A stretch of 33,847 nt of DNA from an uncultured Micavibrio sp. Its GTDB lineage: Bacteria > Pseudomonadota > Alphaproteobacteria > Micavibrionales > Micavibrionaceae. The translations under genes were made by a program, and so were the position numbers. The stretch lies in NCBI GenBank assembly GCA_964476455.1, contig CAYZAR010000001.1:1-33847 (forward strand). Reading direction: 5' to 3'. This document shows positions 9,141 to 17,810 of this stretch, piece after piece (the first letter of the stretch is position 1; each line of letters begins with the position of its first letter). The notes under the pieces were generated by a model. That model worked only from the letters and a program-made list of their open reading frames with translations. It ran no database searches and was not told the origin of the DNA.

Positions 9141-9996
9141 GAATTTCGAACTCAGAAACTTTCCCTTCGCCCGCACTTTGGTACTCGCGGGATTTTTGGG
9201 AATGAGTTGTCTGGTTATGGCCGCGAGCCATCCCGCTGCTGCACAGGTTCTTTCACTGAACATGGGAGGCGAAGAAAACACCGGAACCGTGACGGGGCGC
9301 GTGGTTCAGATGATGGCTTTGCTGACCGTCCTGTCTCTTGCTCCTTCTATCCTCATCATGATGACTTCGTTTACGCGGATCATTGTTGTGCTGTCCTTTT
9401 TACGTTCCGCCATTGGGTTACAGCAAACCCCACCCAATACGGTTATGGTGTCTTTGGCTATTTTTCTGACTTTTTTCATTATGACTCCCACCTTGCAACA
9501 ATCTTATGAGCAAGGGGTCAAGCCCTTGATGAACGAAGAAATTGATGAAGTAGAAGCCTTTAAGCGAGGGGTTCTTCCTTTTAAAACTTTCATGCTCAAA
9601 CACGTCCGCGAGTCCGATTTGAAACTGTTCCTTGAGGTCTCGAAGTCCAAAGCCGAGAAAGCCGAAGATGTTGAACTTCAAGTTATTATTCCGGCCTTCA
9701 TGATTTCCGAACTTCGCAGGGCTTTTGAAATTGGCTTCATGCTTTTTTTGCCTTTTCTGGTGATTGATATTGTGACCTCCTCGATTTTGATGTCGATGGG
9801 GATGATGATGTTACCTCCGATTGTGATTTCCCTCCCGTTCAAGATTATTTTCTTCGTTTTGGTGGATGGGTGGCATTTGGTTTCGGCTTCTTTGATCCAA
9901 AGCTTTGACGCAGGGGCGCAAATAGGAGATGCCGCCGGAGCCGCTTCTGGAGCTTTGCTTCCCTCCGTGCCTGCCGCGCCTGTTTCTGGAGAATAG
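9124..9996 (+). CDS. fliP: Flagellar type III export apparatus protein FliP
   Basis: PSILIMMTSFTRIIVVLSFLRSAIGLQQTPPN and FMISELRRAFEIGFMLFLPFLVIDIVTSSILMSMGMMMLPP are hallmark FliP segments. ATG 9124 gives a signal-peptide-like N-terminus; the track start at 9070 is probably too long. Confidence 0.9.
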   Translation: MTRLFKNFELRNFPFARTLVLAGFLGMSCLVMAASHPAAAQVLSLNMGGEENTGTVTGRVVQMMALLTVLSLAPSILIMMTSFTRIIVVLSFLRSAIGLQQTPPNTVMVSLAIFLTFFIMTPTLQQSYEQGVKPLMNEEIDEVEAFKRGVLPFKTFMLKHVRESDLKLFLEVSKSKAEKAEDVELQVIIPAFMISELRRAFEIGFMLFLPFLVIDIVTSSILMSMGMMMLPPIVISLPFKIIFFVLVDGWHLVSASLIQSFDAGAQIGDAAGAASGALLPSVPAAPVSGE

Positions 9997-10063
9997 GGGT
10001 AAAAATCCCTTCCCTTTTCTAGGGTTTTCATGCCATAAGCTCTCCAGACAATAGAGTGAGCTT

Positions 10064-11908
10064 ATGCTAAATATTTCCAATCTGACCTATCGTATCGGCG
10101 CACGCACAATCCTTGACAATTGCACCCTCAATGTCATGGATGGGTGGCGCGTAGGCGTTGTGGGAGCCAACGGGGCCGGAAAATCAACCCTGTTCAAATT
10201 GATTTCCGGAGCCCTTCATACCGATGGCGGCGCGATTAGCTTGAGCAGCAATCAGCGGCTGGGCATGGTGCGGCAAGATATTCCCGAAACAGATTCTCCC
10301 CTTATTGATGTTGTCCTTTCAGCCAATGAGCGTATGGCTCAATTGTGGAGAGACTCTGAAACCGAAGAAGACCCGCACAAGATTGCAGATATTTATCAAG
10401 CCCTTGCCGATATGGATGCCTACGCTGCTCCGGCCAAGGCCGCAACTCTTTTGACCGGTCTCGGTTTTAAGGAATCACAACTGAATGAACCCTTTTCGTC
10501 GTTCAGCGGCGGGTGGCAAATGCGGGTGATGCTGGCTTCAGTTTTGTTCGTTGAACCTGATTTTTTGTTGCTGGATGAACCAACTAATCACCTTGACCTT
10601 GAAGCTATTATGTGGCTGGAAAGCTATTTGACCTCTTACCCTCACACGATGATGATTATCTCGCATGATAGGGAACTGCTTAACAGATGCGTGGACCATG
10701 TGGTTCATGTTGATAAGGGACAATTGACGCTTTTTACCGGAAACTATGACACGTTTGAACGCGAGCGGGCTTTGCGCAGCGGGCTTCAGCAAAAGATGTA
10801 CGAAAAACAACAAGCCGAACGCGCTCATATGCAAGCCTTTATTGATCGGTTTAAGGCAAAAGCCACCAAGGCCAGACAAGCTCAAAGCCGGGTCAAAGCT
10901 CTGGAACGTATGGACATTGTTGACGCTGTGATTGCCGCACGCGCCATAAAATTCAACTTTCCCAACCCTGATAAAATTCCTTCGCCCATGATTTCAATTC
11001 AAAAGGCAGACATTGGCTATACCGAAGGGAAACCTGTTCTCCGCTCTGTCCATGAAAATGTGGACCGTGACGACCGTATTGCCTTACTTGGAGCAAATGG
11101 GAACGGAAAATCAACTTTGATGAAGTTAATTGCTGGAAAATTGGGGATTATGAGTGGCGAAATTTTTCGCTCGGGAAAACTTCGGATTGGTTATTTTTCA
11201 CAGCACCAAACCGATGAACTCAATGTAGAAAGCACGCCGTATCAGGAAATGATGAGCCTGATGCGCAAAACAATCCCCGATATTACCGAACCGAAAGTCC
11301 GCGCTAAACTTGGGGCGTTTGGCTTTTCTCGAGATTTGGCCGACAACAAAATCGGTTCGCTCAGCGGCGGGGAGAAGGCGAGACTGCTTTTTGCGTTCAT
11401 GAGCTTTGATGCACCGCACCTCCTCTTGCTTGATGAACCGACCAACCACTTGGACATTGATGCACGGGAAGCCTTAGTACAGGCACTCAATGCCTATGAA
11501 GGAGCAGTTGTAATTGTCAGCCATGATCCAAACATGGTCGAACGTGTGGCAGATCGTTTGTGGTTAATCAAGGACGGGAAGTGCACACCTTTTGAAGGAG
11601 ATCTCGAAGACTATCGCAACTTCACCATTCAATCACGACGCGATGAACGCAAGGACGAAAAGAAAGTCTCTGCGCCTAAACCTGTTGAACCCGTGAAAGA
11701 CAATAAAAAATCTCCCTCCAAGAAATCTCTTGAAAAAACCGAGAAAGAAATTGCGCGCCTCAGCAAAGAAAAAGAAGCCATTGAGACTGAAATGCTTTCT
11801 CCTGATTTCTACAACAATCCTACGCAAGTGGCCGATACCAAAAAACGCTATGATAAAATTGTTGTCGCGCTAGCCGAGCAAGAAGAAATTTGGCTCTCTG
11901 CCCTTTAA
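10064..11908 (+). CDS. ABC-F family ATPase (two ABC domains, no TM; YheS/Uup-like) with Lys-rich coiled-coil tail
   Basis: 614-aa ORF. Walker A GANGAGKST and GANGNGKST; signatures FSGGWQMRV and LSGGEKARL; Walker B LLLLDEPTNHLD twice; inter-domain linker; C-terminal K/E-rich extension. Confidence 0.85.
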   Translation: MLNISNLTYRIGARTILDNCTLNVMDGWRVGVVGANGAGKSTLFKLISGALHTDGGAISLSSNQRLGMVRQDIPETDSPLIDVVLSANERMAQLWRDSETEEDPHKIADIYQALADMDAYAAPAKAATLLTGLGFKESQLNEPFSSFSGGWQMRVMLASVLFVEPDFLLLDEPTNHLDLEAIMWLESYLTSYPHTMMIISHDRELLNRCVDHVVHVDKGQLTLFTGNYDTFERERALRSGLQQKMYEKQQAERAHMQAFIDRFKAKATKARQAQSRVKALERMDIVDAVIAARAIKFNFPNPDKIPSPMISIQKADIGYTEGKPVLRSVHENVDRDDRIALLGANGNGKSTLMKLIAGKLGIMSGEIFRSGKLRIGYFSQHQTDELNVESTPYQEMMSLMRKTIPDITEPKVRAKLGAFGFSRDLADNKIGSLSGGEKARLLFAFMSFDAPHLLLLDEPTNHLDIDAREALVQALNAYEGAVVIVSHDPNMVERVADRLWLIKDGKCTPFEGDLEDYRNFTIQSRRDERKDEKKVSAPKPVEPVKDNKKSPSKKSLEKTEKEIARLSKEKEAIETEMLSPDFYNNPTQVADTKKRYDKIVVALAEQEEIWLSAL

Positions 11909-14900
11909 TCTGTCGGAACCATATCCGTTTTAAGAAGACCGTTTTCATCTCCCTGAAGCTTAACATCAGGTTTTTTGGAAGGAGAAGGCGGCACAATTTC
12001 TTCTCGAGATTCCGCCTGTTTCGGAGGTGTTGGCGATGATTCCTTCTTCGGAGAAGTTGGAATATTGTCTGTTTTGAAACTTTCTAAAAAATTCTTAAAA
12101 ATATCTGTTTCGCTAACAATGTTGTTGATTGTGTTGCGATCTGAAAGCAATGCGCTTTGACGAGGACGTGTGACCACATCAAATTTTTTAGCTAGGGCGG
12201 TTTGAGCCATAAGGTCGCTATATTGTTCGCGCAAATTGGCGAGCACCGAGCGATTATCCGCAAGGTACAGAGCAACCCCCCAGTTCAGAATTGTTGCCGC
12301 TTGGTCATCACTTAAAGGACGAGTCTGCGAAATTTCCTGAGAGGTTATAATCTGTTCCAGAGCATCTGCCGCATCCTGCCAGCGTTTTGACCGCCAAGCA
12401 ATATCTGCACGCAACCGGAGAACATCGGGTTCTTGGGTTTGCAACGCCAATGCGGCAAATGCTTCTTCTGGTTTTTTAAGATCCGCCAAAGCCCGCGCCC
12501 GCAGCAAGGCGATTTGACGCCGATCCGGTGCCGCAAGGTCAGGAGAAACTTTACTCAGAAAGGCTTCTGCCTTTGCGAGAGTCTCAAGGGCTTTATTTGG
12601 CTTTCCATCCAGAACTTGCAAAGAGGCAAGACGCAGAGCAACAGCAGCACCTTCCCGTTCTTGCAACCGATTATCAATTTGGTGCTGTAAAAGATTTTCA
12701 GCCCGTGGCAGCAAGTCAGCATCCACCAAACGCTCGGCAATATTTCTGGTTAGTCTGTCTCCTTCATCGCCTTGAGGAGCCAGATCCGAAAATTCATCAT
12801 AGATAGCGACAGCATCAATCGGAGAAATTTTTTTGAGTGCATCCGTCATAAAAAGTGTTCGGAAGGTCTCAAGCATACTCTCTTTAATCTGCTTGGCTTG
12901 GTCTGACTCGGGGGCTAGGCTAGTCGCTTGCCGCAACAAAGTCAGCCCCTTCATGTGATCGCCCTTTTCAATGTAAAGCTTTCCCAAACGAGCATTAATA
13001 GCGGTTTCCAACTCATCTCCGCGCCACGCGTAGCGAAGTCCCTCAAGCCGATCAATCGCTTTGTCCATGTCGATTTCTTTTTTATCAAGCTCAAGCGAGG
13101 TCAACGCCAAGCCCGCTTTGGCGCGATACAAATCATCTGGACCAGTTGATAATGGCAACCACAAATCCTTAGTTGCCTGAATATCTCCCTTTTGTCGACT
13201 CGATTCTCCCTGCAAATATTCAAGGGCAGCTTGATACCCGGGATGAAGGGATTCGACTCCTTTAGATATCTTTTCCATTATTTGTTCGGCTGTGCCAATG
13301 TCCCCAGCCCGCAAAGCAATCCCCGCAAGCCCGAGACCAAAAGGAACCTTGATTTCAACAGGATAGTGCTCAAGAATCGAGACATCCTTGGGGAGAATTT
13401 CTCCTGCCTGTTTCCAATCCTCAAGCCCCGCCAGAACATACCCGCGCCAGTATTTAATTTCTGAGATGGCATCAAGGCTCGGAGCAGTCAAGTCTTTATA
13501 GGCTTGGTCATACTTTCCGCTCAAAGCCCCCGCCGCTCCGCGCAAAGCTAGAAATTCTGGGTTATTTGCAATATCAGGAAGCATTTGCAAAGCAAAATCC
13601 AAGTATCCCAACGCCTCAGGGCCCTGCCCATAAGAAAGCACCAGTTTTGCTAATGTCAGTAAGTCCTCGGCTTTTTTTTGGTCTTTCTCTGCAGAAAGAG
13701 CCGACATGATAATTCTCTGGTTCTCGCTCAAAGTCTCCGGAGTTCCCATTCTCCAATTAGAGAAACTATAAATGGTACTAAAAGCTGTTGAAGATTCTCC
13801 TTGATCTCCACTCGTTTTTTTCTCGCCCTGTTTGTCCGATGCATCTTTGGCCTTCAAAGCCAGAACATTCTTTTCATCGGAAAGCGACAACCCATTGGGA
13901 CGAAGAATATCAATACGCCCTTCTTTGCCTTTGCGAATTTCAACGTCATCTGCCTTAGGCAGAAAAGCAGCTCCGATACTTGCAGGCAAAGCGGAGACTT
14001 CTACGAAGCCCTGTGCGGGACCAGAAAAATCATCTGCGCTGCCGACCGTAACCACTTTGACAACATCGCCCGCATCTGGGTCCGTTATAGATAGAATTTG
14101 CCGTGCTGACTTGGATGGCCAAGCTAGTTGGCTTTTTGTCTCTCTCTCCTCACTCTGGCTGGCCTCTGACTTCTCACTTTCTACTCGCGTAAAATCAACT
14201 GGTTTTTTTTCTGCCGGAGCCGCTGTGCCGGAGAGAAAAATTTTCCAGACTAAACCTTCCCCTTCCCCTTGCACATGATACCCTGCAGGAAGTTTAAGTC
14301 GGAAAGCCGTTCCCCCTTCAAAAGCTATACGTTTAAAGACGGGAAGACTTTCTTTCTTGGGGCCGCTCAACTGAGGAAATAGTTGATAATCAGGAACATC
14401 AACAACAATCCAAAGTGAAGAAAACCTCTCATATGCGGCAATCCCAATCGCTTGTGTCGAGGTCATTTGAATAGTGTAAGGATCCAGCGCAGGAGAAGAG
14501 GGAGGAACAGGCTCCGCAGTCTTGACTAGCTCTTCTTTAACAACAGGAGCTTCCTTATTCGGTGTTGCAACCGAAGCCGCAGCCGCAGGCTCAATTTTTT
14601 CTGGCGAAGGTTTTGCCTCGGTTTTCCTTTCCTGCGTAGGTGATTGGGCTGACGGTTCCGGCCCTTTAAGATCCACGATCAAACGATTGCCCACTGTAAA
14701 ATGGCGAATAGTCGTCTCTGGCTCAAAATCAATTTTGACCTCGCCAAGGCCTAAAACCTGATACCCTTTGATGCGAGGAAAACTTTGAGGCTGTGGCCCT
14801 GTCACACTGAGATGCGCAGGTTCTGAGAAGCTTAAAACTAATGACCCAGATTCTTTTTTTGCTGTATATTTGGGAGGAGTAGGCCACGCAAAAACAAGTC

Positions 14901-15024
14901 GCGTATAGCCGTCATGATTCCCTGCCCGCACGACAACGTTCTCCTCCTTCGTTTCCGCGTGAAGAGGAAGAGAGAACAAGGCTAAAGCCGCAACAGTCGT
15001 AGCAAGAATCCGGATTCGGTTCAT
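11905..15024 (-). CDS. Large secreted protein: AMIN-like N-terminal beta modules, P/A/E/K-rich linkers, long TPR-like helical repeat region
   Basis: Start chosen at MNRIRILATTVAALALFSLPLHA/ETKEE (signal peptide); the track ORF extends to 15072. VVVRAGNHDGYTRLVFAWP...NRLIVDLKG resembles AMIN. TPR-like repeats include AEDLLTLAKLVLSYGQGPEALGYLDFALQ, YRAKAGLALTSLEL, INARLGKLYIEKGDHMKGLTLLRQA and LRLRADIAWRSKRWQDAADALEQI. Confidence 0.75.
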   Translation of the reverse strand: MNRIRILATTVAALALFSLPLHAETKEENVVVRAGNHDGYTRLVFAWPTPPKYTAKKESGSLVLSFSEPAHLSVTGPQPQSFPRIKGYQVLGLGEVKIDFEPETTIRHFTVGNRLIVDLKGPEPSAQSPTQERKTEAKPSPEKIEPAAAASVATPNKEAPVVKEELVKTAEPVPPSSPALDPYTIQMTSTQAIGIAAYERFSSLWIVVDVPDYQLFPQLSGPKKESLPVFKRIAFEGGTAFRLKLPAGYHVQGEGEGLVWKIFLSGTAAPAEKKPVDFTRVESEKSEASQSEERETKSQLAWPSKSARQILSITDPDAGDVVKVVTVGSADDFSGPAQGFVEVSALPASIGAAFLPKADDVEIRKGKEGRIDILRPNGLSLSDEKNVLALKAKDASDKQGEKKTSGDQGESSTAFSTIYSFSNWRMGTPETLSENQRIIMSALSAEKDQKKAEDLLTLAKLVLSYGQGPEALGYLDFALQMLPDIANNPEFLALRGAAGALSGKYDQAYKDLTAPSLDAISEIKYWRGYVLAGLEDWKQAGEILPKDVSILEHYPVEIKVPFGLGLAGIALRAGDIGTAEQIMEKISKGVESLHPGYQAALEYLQGESSRQKGDIQATKDLWLPLSTGPDDLYRAKAGLALTSLELDKKEIDMDKAIDRLEGLRYAWRGDELETAINARLGKLYIEKGDHMKGLTLLRQATSLAPESDQAKQIKESMLETFRTLFMTDALKKISPIDAVAIYDEFSDLAPQGDEGDRLTRNIAERLVDADLLPRAENLLQHQIDNRLQEREGAAVALRLASLQVLDGKPNKALETLAKAEAFLSKVSPDLAAPDRRQIALLRARALADLKKPEEAFAALALQTQEPDVLRLRADIAWRSKRWQDAADALEQIITSQEISQTRPLSDDQAATILNWGVALYLADNRSVLANLREQYSDLMAQTALAKKFDVVTRPRQSALLSDRNTINNIVSETDIFKNFLESFKTDNIPTSPKKESSPTPPKQAESREEIVPPSPSKKPDVKLQGDENGLLKTDMVPTD

Positions 15025-15118
15025 AAGCCCAAATTGCCACAGCAGGAAGGCCACAGCAAGACCGCGAGACAAGAAAGCCTAAGACAATTCCAAAATATTT
15101 TGAAAGACTTAGTGTCCG

Positions 15119-15718
15119 TTAAAAAAGATCCGCCAGCAGTTTATCAATATCAGCCTGAGAAATCGCCTTATCGGGCAATTGTGGGCCATTCATCAGCCGC
15201 GCATCGCCAACTCGTAGATCTTCGTCCTTAATAGTCGAAGGAATTCCAGGAATTTTCTCTTCCAAAATCCCCATCAAGCGATTAATTTTGTTCTCAATTG
15301 TCTTAATGCTTTTGACAACTTTGGTAATTCTCTGGCCAGTGATGTCTTGGAAAGAACAAGCCTCAAGAACTTTGGTCACTTCTCCTATCAAGAACTCTTT
15401 CGATTCATTTGTCAGAGCATCCGCATGTCCAGAAATAGCATCGCAAGCATCCATAATGGAACCTGTTGCCTCTTCGGTTGCCGCCACAACAGCATCCAGC
15501 TCATCAGTAGCCGTTGGAACGTGCTTCCCTGAAATATCGGCCATCTGCGTTGCAGAAATTTCTCGACGAGTCTCTTCAATGAGCTCACGCAAAGCACGCA
15601 GTTCCGCATAGATCATCTCTCGCGAAAGATCTTCCGCCGCTTCTACTTTCTCAATGACCGAACTGATAATTTGAACAACTTTGTCCCGCTCTAACTTATG
15701 AGTAGCATTATTTGACAT
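15119..15718 (-). CDS. cheZ: CheZ-like CheY-P phosphatase
   Basis: 199-aa ORF. Catalytic-type motif FQDITGQRITK (D...Q) and C-terminal CheY-docking-like peptide SQADIDKLLADLF. Directly downstream of cheY. Confidence 0.75.
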   Translation of the reverse strand: MSNNATHKLERDKVVQIISSVIEKVEAAEDLSREMIYAELRALRELIEETRREISATQMADISGKHVPTATDELDAVVAATEEATGSIMDACDAISGHADALTNESKEFLIGEVTKVLEACSFQDITGQRITKVVKSIKTIENKINRLMGILEEKIPGIPSTIKDEDLRVGDARLMNGPQLPDKAISQADIDKLLADLF

Positions 15719-15751
15719 AATAAAAATCCCCTACAAAATTCAGACTATAAA

Positions 15752-16138
15752 TTAAAAATCACCCAAGACCGTAGCCATCTTACCTTTCAATGTCTCAGCA
15801 TTAAACGGCTTGACGATATAGTTGCTAACCCCGGCCTGCTTAGCCGCAATCACGTTTTCGGTTTTGCTTTCCGCCGTGACCATGATAAAGGGAACATTGC
15901 CGTTAGTGGGCAAGGCTCTGACCTGTTTGAGTAGATCAATTCCGGACATTGGCTCCATATTCCAGTCGGAAATCACCAACCCATAGCTCTTTAGCTTGAA
16001 CATCTCAAGAGCCATAGCACCATCTGTCGCCTCATCAACATTCGAGAAACCAAGTTGTTTCAATAGGTTATTAATAATGCGAAGCATTGTTTTGTAGTCA
16101 TCCACAATCAAGACGTTCATATTTTTATCCACGGACAT
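15752..16138 (-). CDS. cheY: Chemotaxis response regulator CheY (single receiver domain)
   Basis: 128-aa ORF. VLIVDDY...VISDWNMEPMSG...MVTAE...NYIVKPF match the CheY pattern. GAGGAG SD 9 nt upstream. Confidence 0.9.
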   Translation of the reverse strand: MSVDKNMNVLIVDDYKTMLRIINNLLKQLGFSNVDEATDGAMALEMFKLKSYGLVISDWNMEPMSGIDLLKQVRALPTNGNVPFIMVTAESKTENVIAAKQAGVSNYIVKPFNAETLKGKMATVLGDF

Positions 16139-16321
16139 AACAGAATTCTCCTCAAAGACAAACCAGATGGGGGCACATGAACTGCACCCACTTATATTTC
16201 CAGTAAAAGATTAACAAACCCCTGACAAATGAGGAGCTATTTCTTTTTCAAATAAAGATATTTGAGCAAACAACATACCCCTGTGTTGCAAAAGAAAATA
16301 TCTGGAAAATAATTAAACAAA

Positions 16322-17164
16322 TTATGGAGAGGGAGCCTCAGGAGAATCAGAGGGAACGCTTGGTAAATTTTTTTGTTCTGCCAACAAAGTGGTCAAGCTC
16401 TTGGCACGGTCAGCTTCCATTGCAGCCAAAATTGCTCCTGATTTTCGTTCGCCCATGCGGCTTACGACCTGCAACAAAACATCCATATCAAGTGTGTTAA
16501 AAATACGCGCGGCATCTTTGGGCTTCATACCCTCGTAGATTTTGACAAGGCTTGAAATTCTGGCTTCTTCTTCTTTTGACTGAGTTTTAAGAAGCTCTTG
16601 AATTTCATCCCGCAGTCCAGAAAGTTCCTGAAACTTACGATCCAACTCTTTTTGGCCTGCTTCCAGTAAAGCTTCTCTCTCACTCAACACCTTTTCTTTT
16701 GCATCTAGCTGTTGACGACGTTGCAAAAGGTCTTGATACATTTCTTTCCGAACTGTGGAATAATCGCTTTCCGTTTCCGAGGCATCGCTCCATTTCTTGA
16801 GGTCTCCTTCTTCGAGAGCTTCTTCTTTTTTTGCAACCGCTCCCTTTTCCTTCTCCGAAGAAGATGTGGATTCCGCAGTTTCTAAAGTTTTTTCTTTTTC
16901 TGCTGTTTTTTCTTCTGCAGGTTTAGGAGTATCACTTGCCGCATCCTTCAATTCGGACGCAGGCGGTTGTGTTCCACTTGCTTCAGTCGAAGCGTCTTCA
17001 CTTTTTTTGGTATCAGATTCTTCTGCAGCTTCGGCCGCACCGCTCAAGGAACGAACTTGCAAAGCCGCATCGCCAATCCTCACTACAAAAGCCAGTGAAG
17101 CTACAACAATCAACAGGGGCAACACCCGCAATTGCTTGGGAAAATGTTTCAGCAGCTTACGCAC
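16322..17164 (-). CDS. MotE-like flagellar protein (N-terminal TM anchor, acidic low-complexity, coiled coil, MgtE_N/MotE-like C-terminal domain)
   Basis: 280-aa ORF with GTG start and AAGGAG SD. The C-terminus, SSLVKIYEGMKPKDAARIFNTLDMDVLLQVVSRMGERKSGAILAAMEADRAKSLTTLL, fits the MotE/MgtE_N pattern. Confidence 0.65.
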   Translation of the reverse strand: MRKLLKHFPKQLRVLPLLIVVASLAFVVRIGDAALQVRSLSGAAEAAEESDTKKSEDASTEASGTQPPASELKDAASDTPKPAEEKTAEKEKTLETAESTSSSEKEKGAVAKKEEALEEGDLKKWSDASETESDYSTVRKEMYQDLLQRRQQLDAKEKVLSEREALLEAGQKELDRKFQELSGLRDEIQELLKTQSKEEEARISSLVKIYEGMKPKDAARIFNTLDMDVLLQVVSRMGERKSGAILAAMEADRAKSLTTLLAEQKNLPSVPSDSPEAPSP

Positions 17165-17183
17165 AATCTCTCCTTACCCTCGC

Positions 17184-17804
17184 CTATTTCTGAGGGGTCC
17201 ATTTTTTAAGGGCATCCGCCAAATCCCGTTCGGCTTGACTTGAAAATCCACTCTCCTCTAATGAACCCCGTTCTTCGAGCGTTGGTTTTTTCTCGTAGCT
17301 CTCGAAATCAGGATCACGAATAGTAAAAGGGGAAGGGGAAGAGGAAGAGGAAGTGGACGCGCCAAGAGGTGTCCGCACAATTTTTCTTTCTTCGGGTTGG
17401 TACGGTACGACCGGAGGCTTTCCCCCGGGATAAACTCTATTGATCGTTGCATCGCTGAGTTCATCAATAATAGTTCGGTTTTTCGTTGCCAGCCCTTCCA
17501 AGCGTCCGGCCAAACTATTGCCTGACTCGGTCATTAACTGTAACTCATCGCTAAGACCTTGGGCCTTGGCAACCAATCGGCGCAAATCATCGCTGCGTTC
17601 CTTCGAGATTTCATCAAGTGTGGATATCCCCTCCTGAGCCCGCGTAATCTGCGTAGAAAGTTCACGGATCAATTTTTCCATGTCCGATCTGTTGGAGCGA
17701 AACGTATCAAGGTGACGAGACAGACGTAAAGCATAAAAGATCGTCACGCCCAACATGACAATCACCACAATATCCAAAACCAGAGCCATAACACTGCCCC
17801 CCAT
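17184..17804 (-). CDS. Hypothetical membrane-anchored coiled-coil protein of flagellar clusters (DUF6468-like, assignment from memory)
   Basis: 206-aa ORF. N-terminal TM ALVLDIVVIVMLGVTIFYAL, then a helical region RLSRHLDTFRSNRSDMEKLIRELSTQITRAQEGISTL... and an S/P-rich tail. Alternative start at 17789. Lies between fliM and the MotE-like gene. Confidence 0.6.
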   Translation of the reverse strand: MGGSVMALVLDIVVIVMLGVTIFYALRLSRHLDTFRSNRSDMEKLIRELSTQITRAQEGISTLDEISKERSDDLRRLVAKAQGLSDELQLMTESGNSLAGRLEGLATKNRTIIDELSDATINRVYPGGKPPVVPYQPEERKIVRTPLGASTSSSSSPSPFTIRDPDFESYEKKPTLEERGSLEESGFSSQAERDLADALKKWTPQK

Positions 17805-17810
17805 CTCGGC

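Noticed and set aside
16171-16186. Sigma-54-like match GGGCACatgaaCTGCA on the plus strand in the cheY / MotE-like spacer
   Set aside because: It points into the antisense strand of the MotE-like gene with no plus-strand gene downstream. It has two mismatches. The relevant (minus) strand has no -24/-12 match here.
17320-17360. GGAAG/GGGAA-type short tandem DNA repeats; similar G/A-rich runs at 19370-19440
   Set aside because: They lie in frame inside coding regions and encode low-complexity S/P or E/G/K linkers of the DUF6468-like protein and FliL. They are not independent repeat elements or CRISPR-like arrays.
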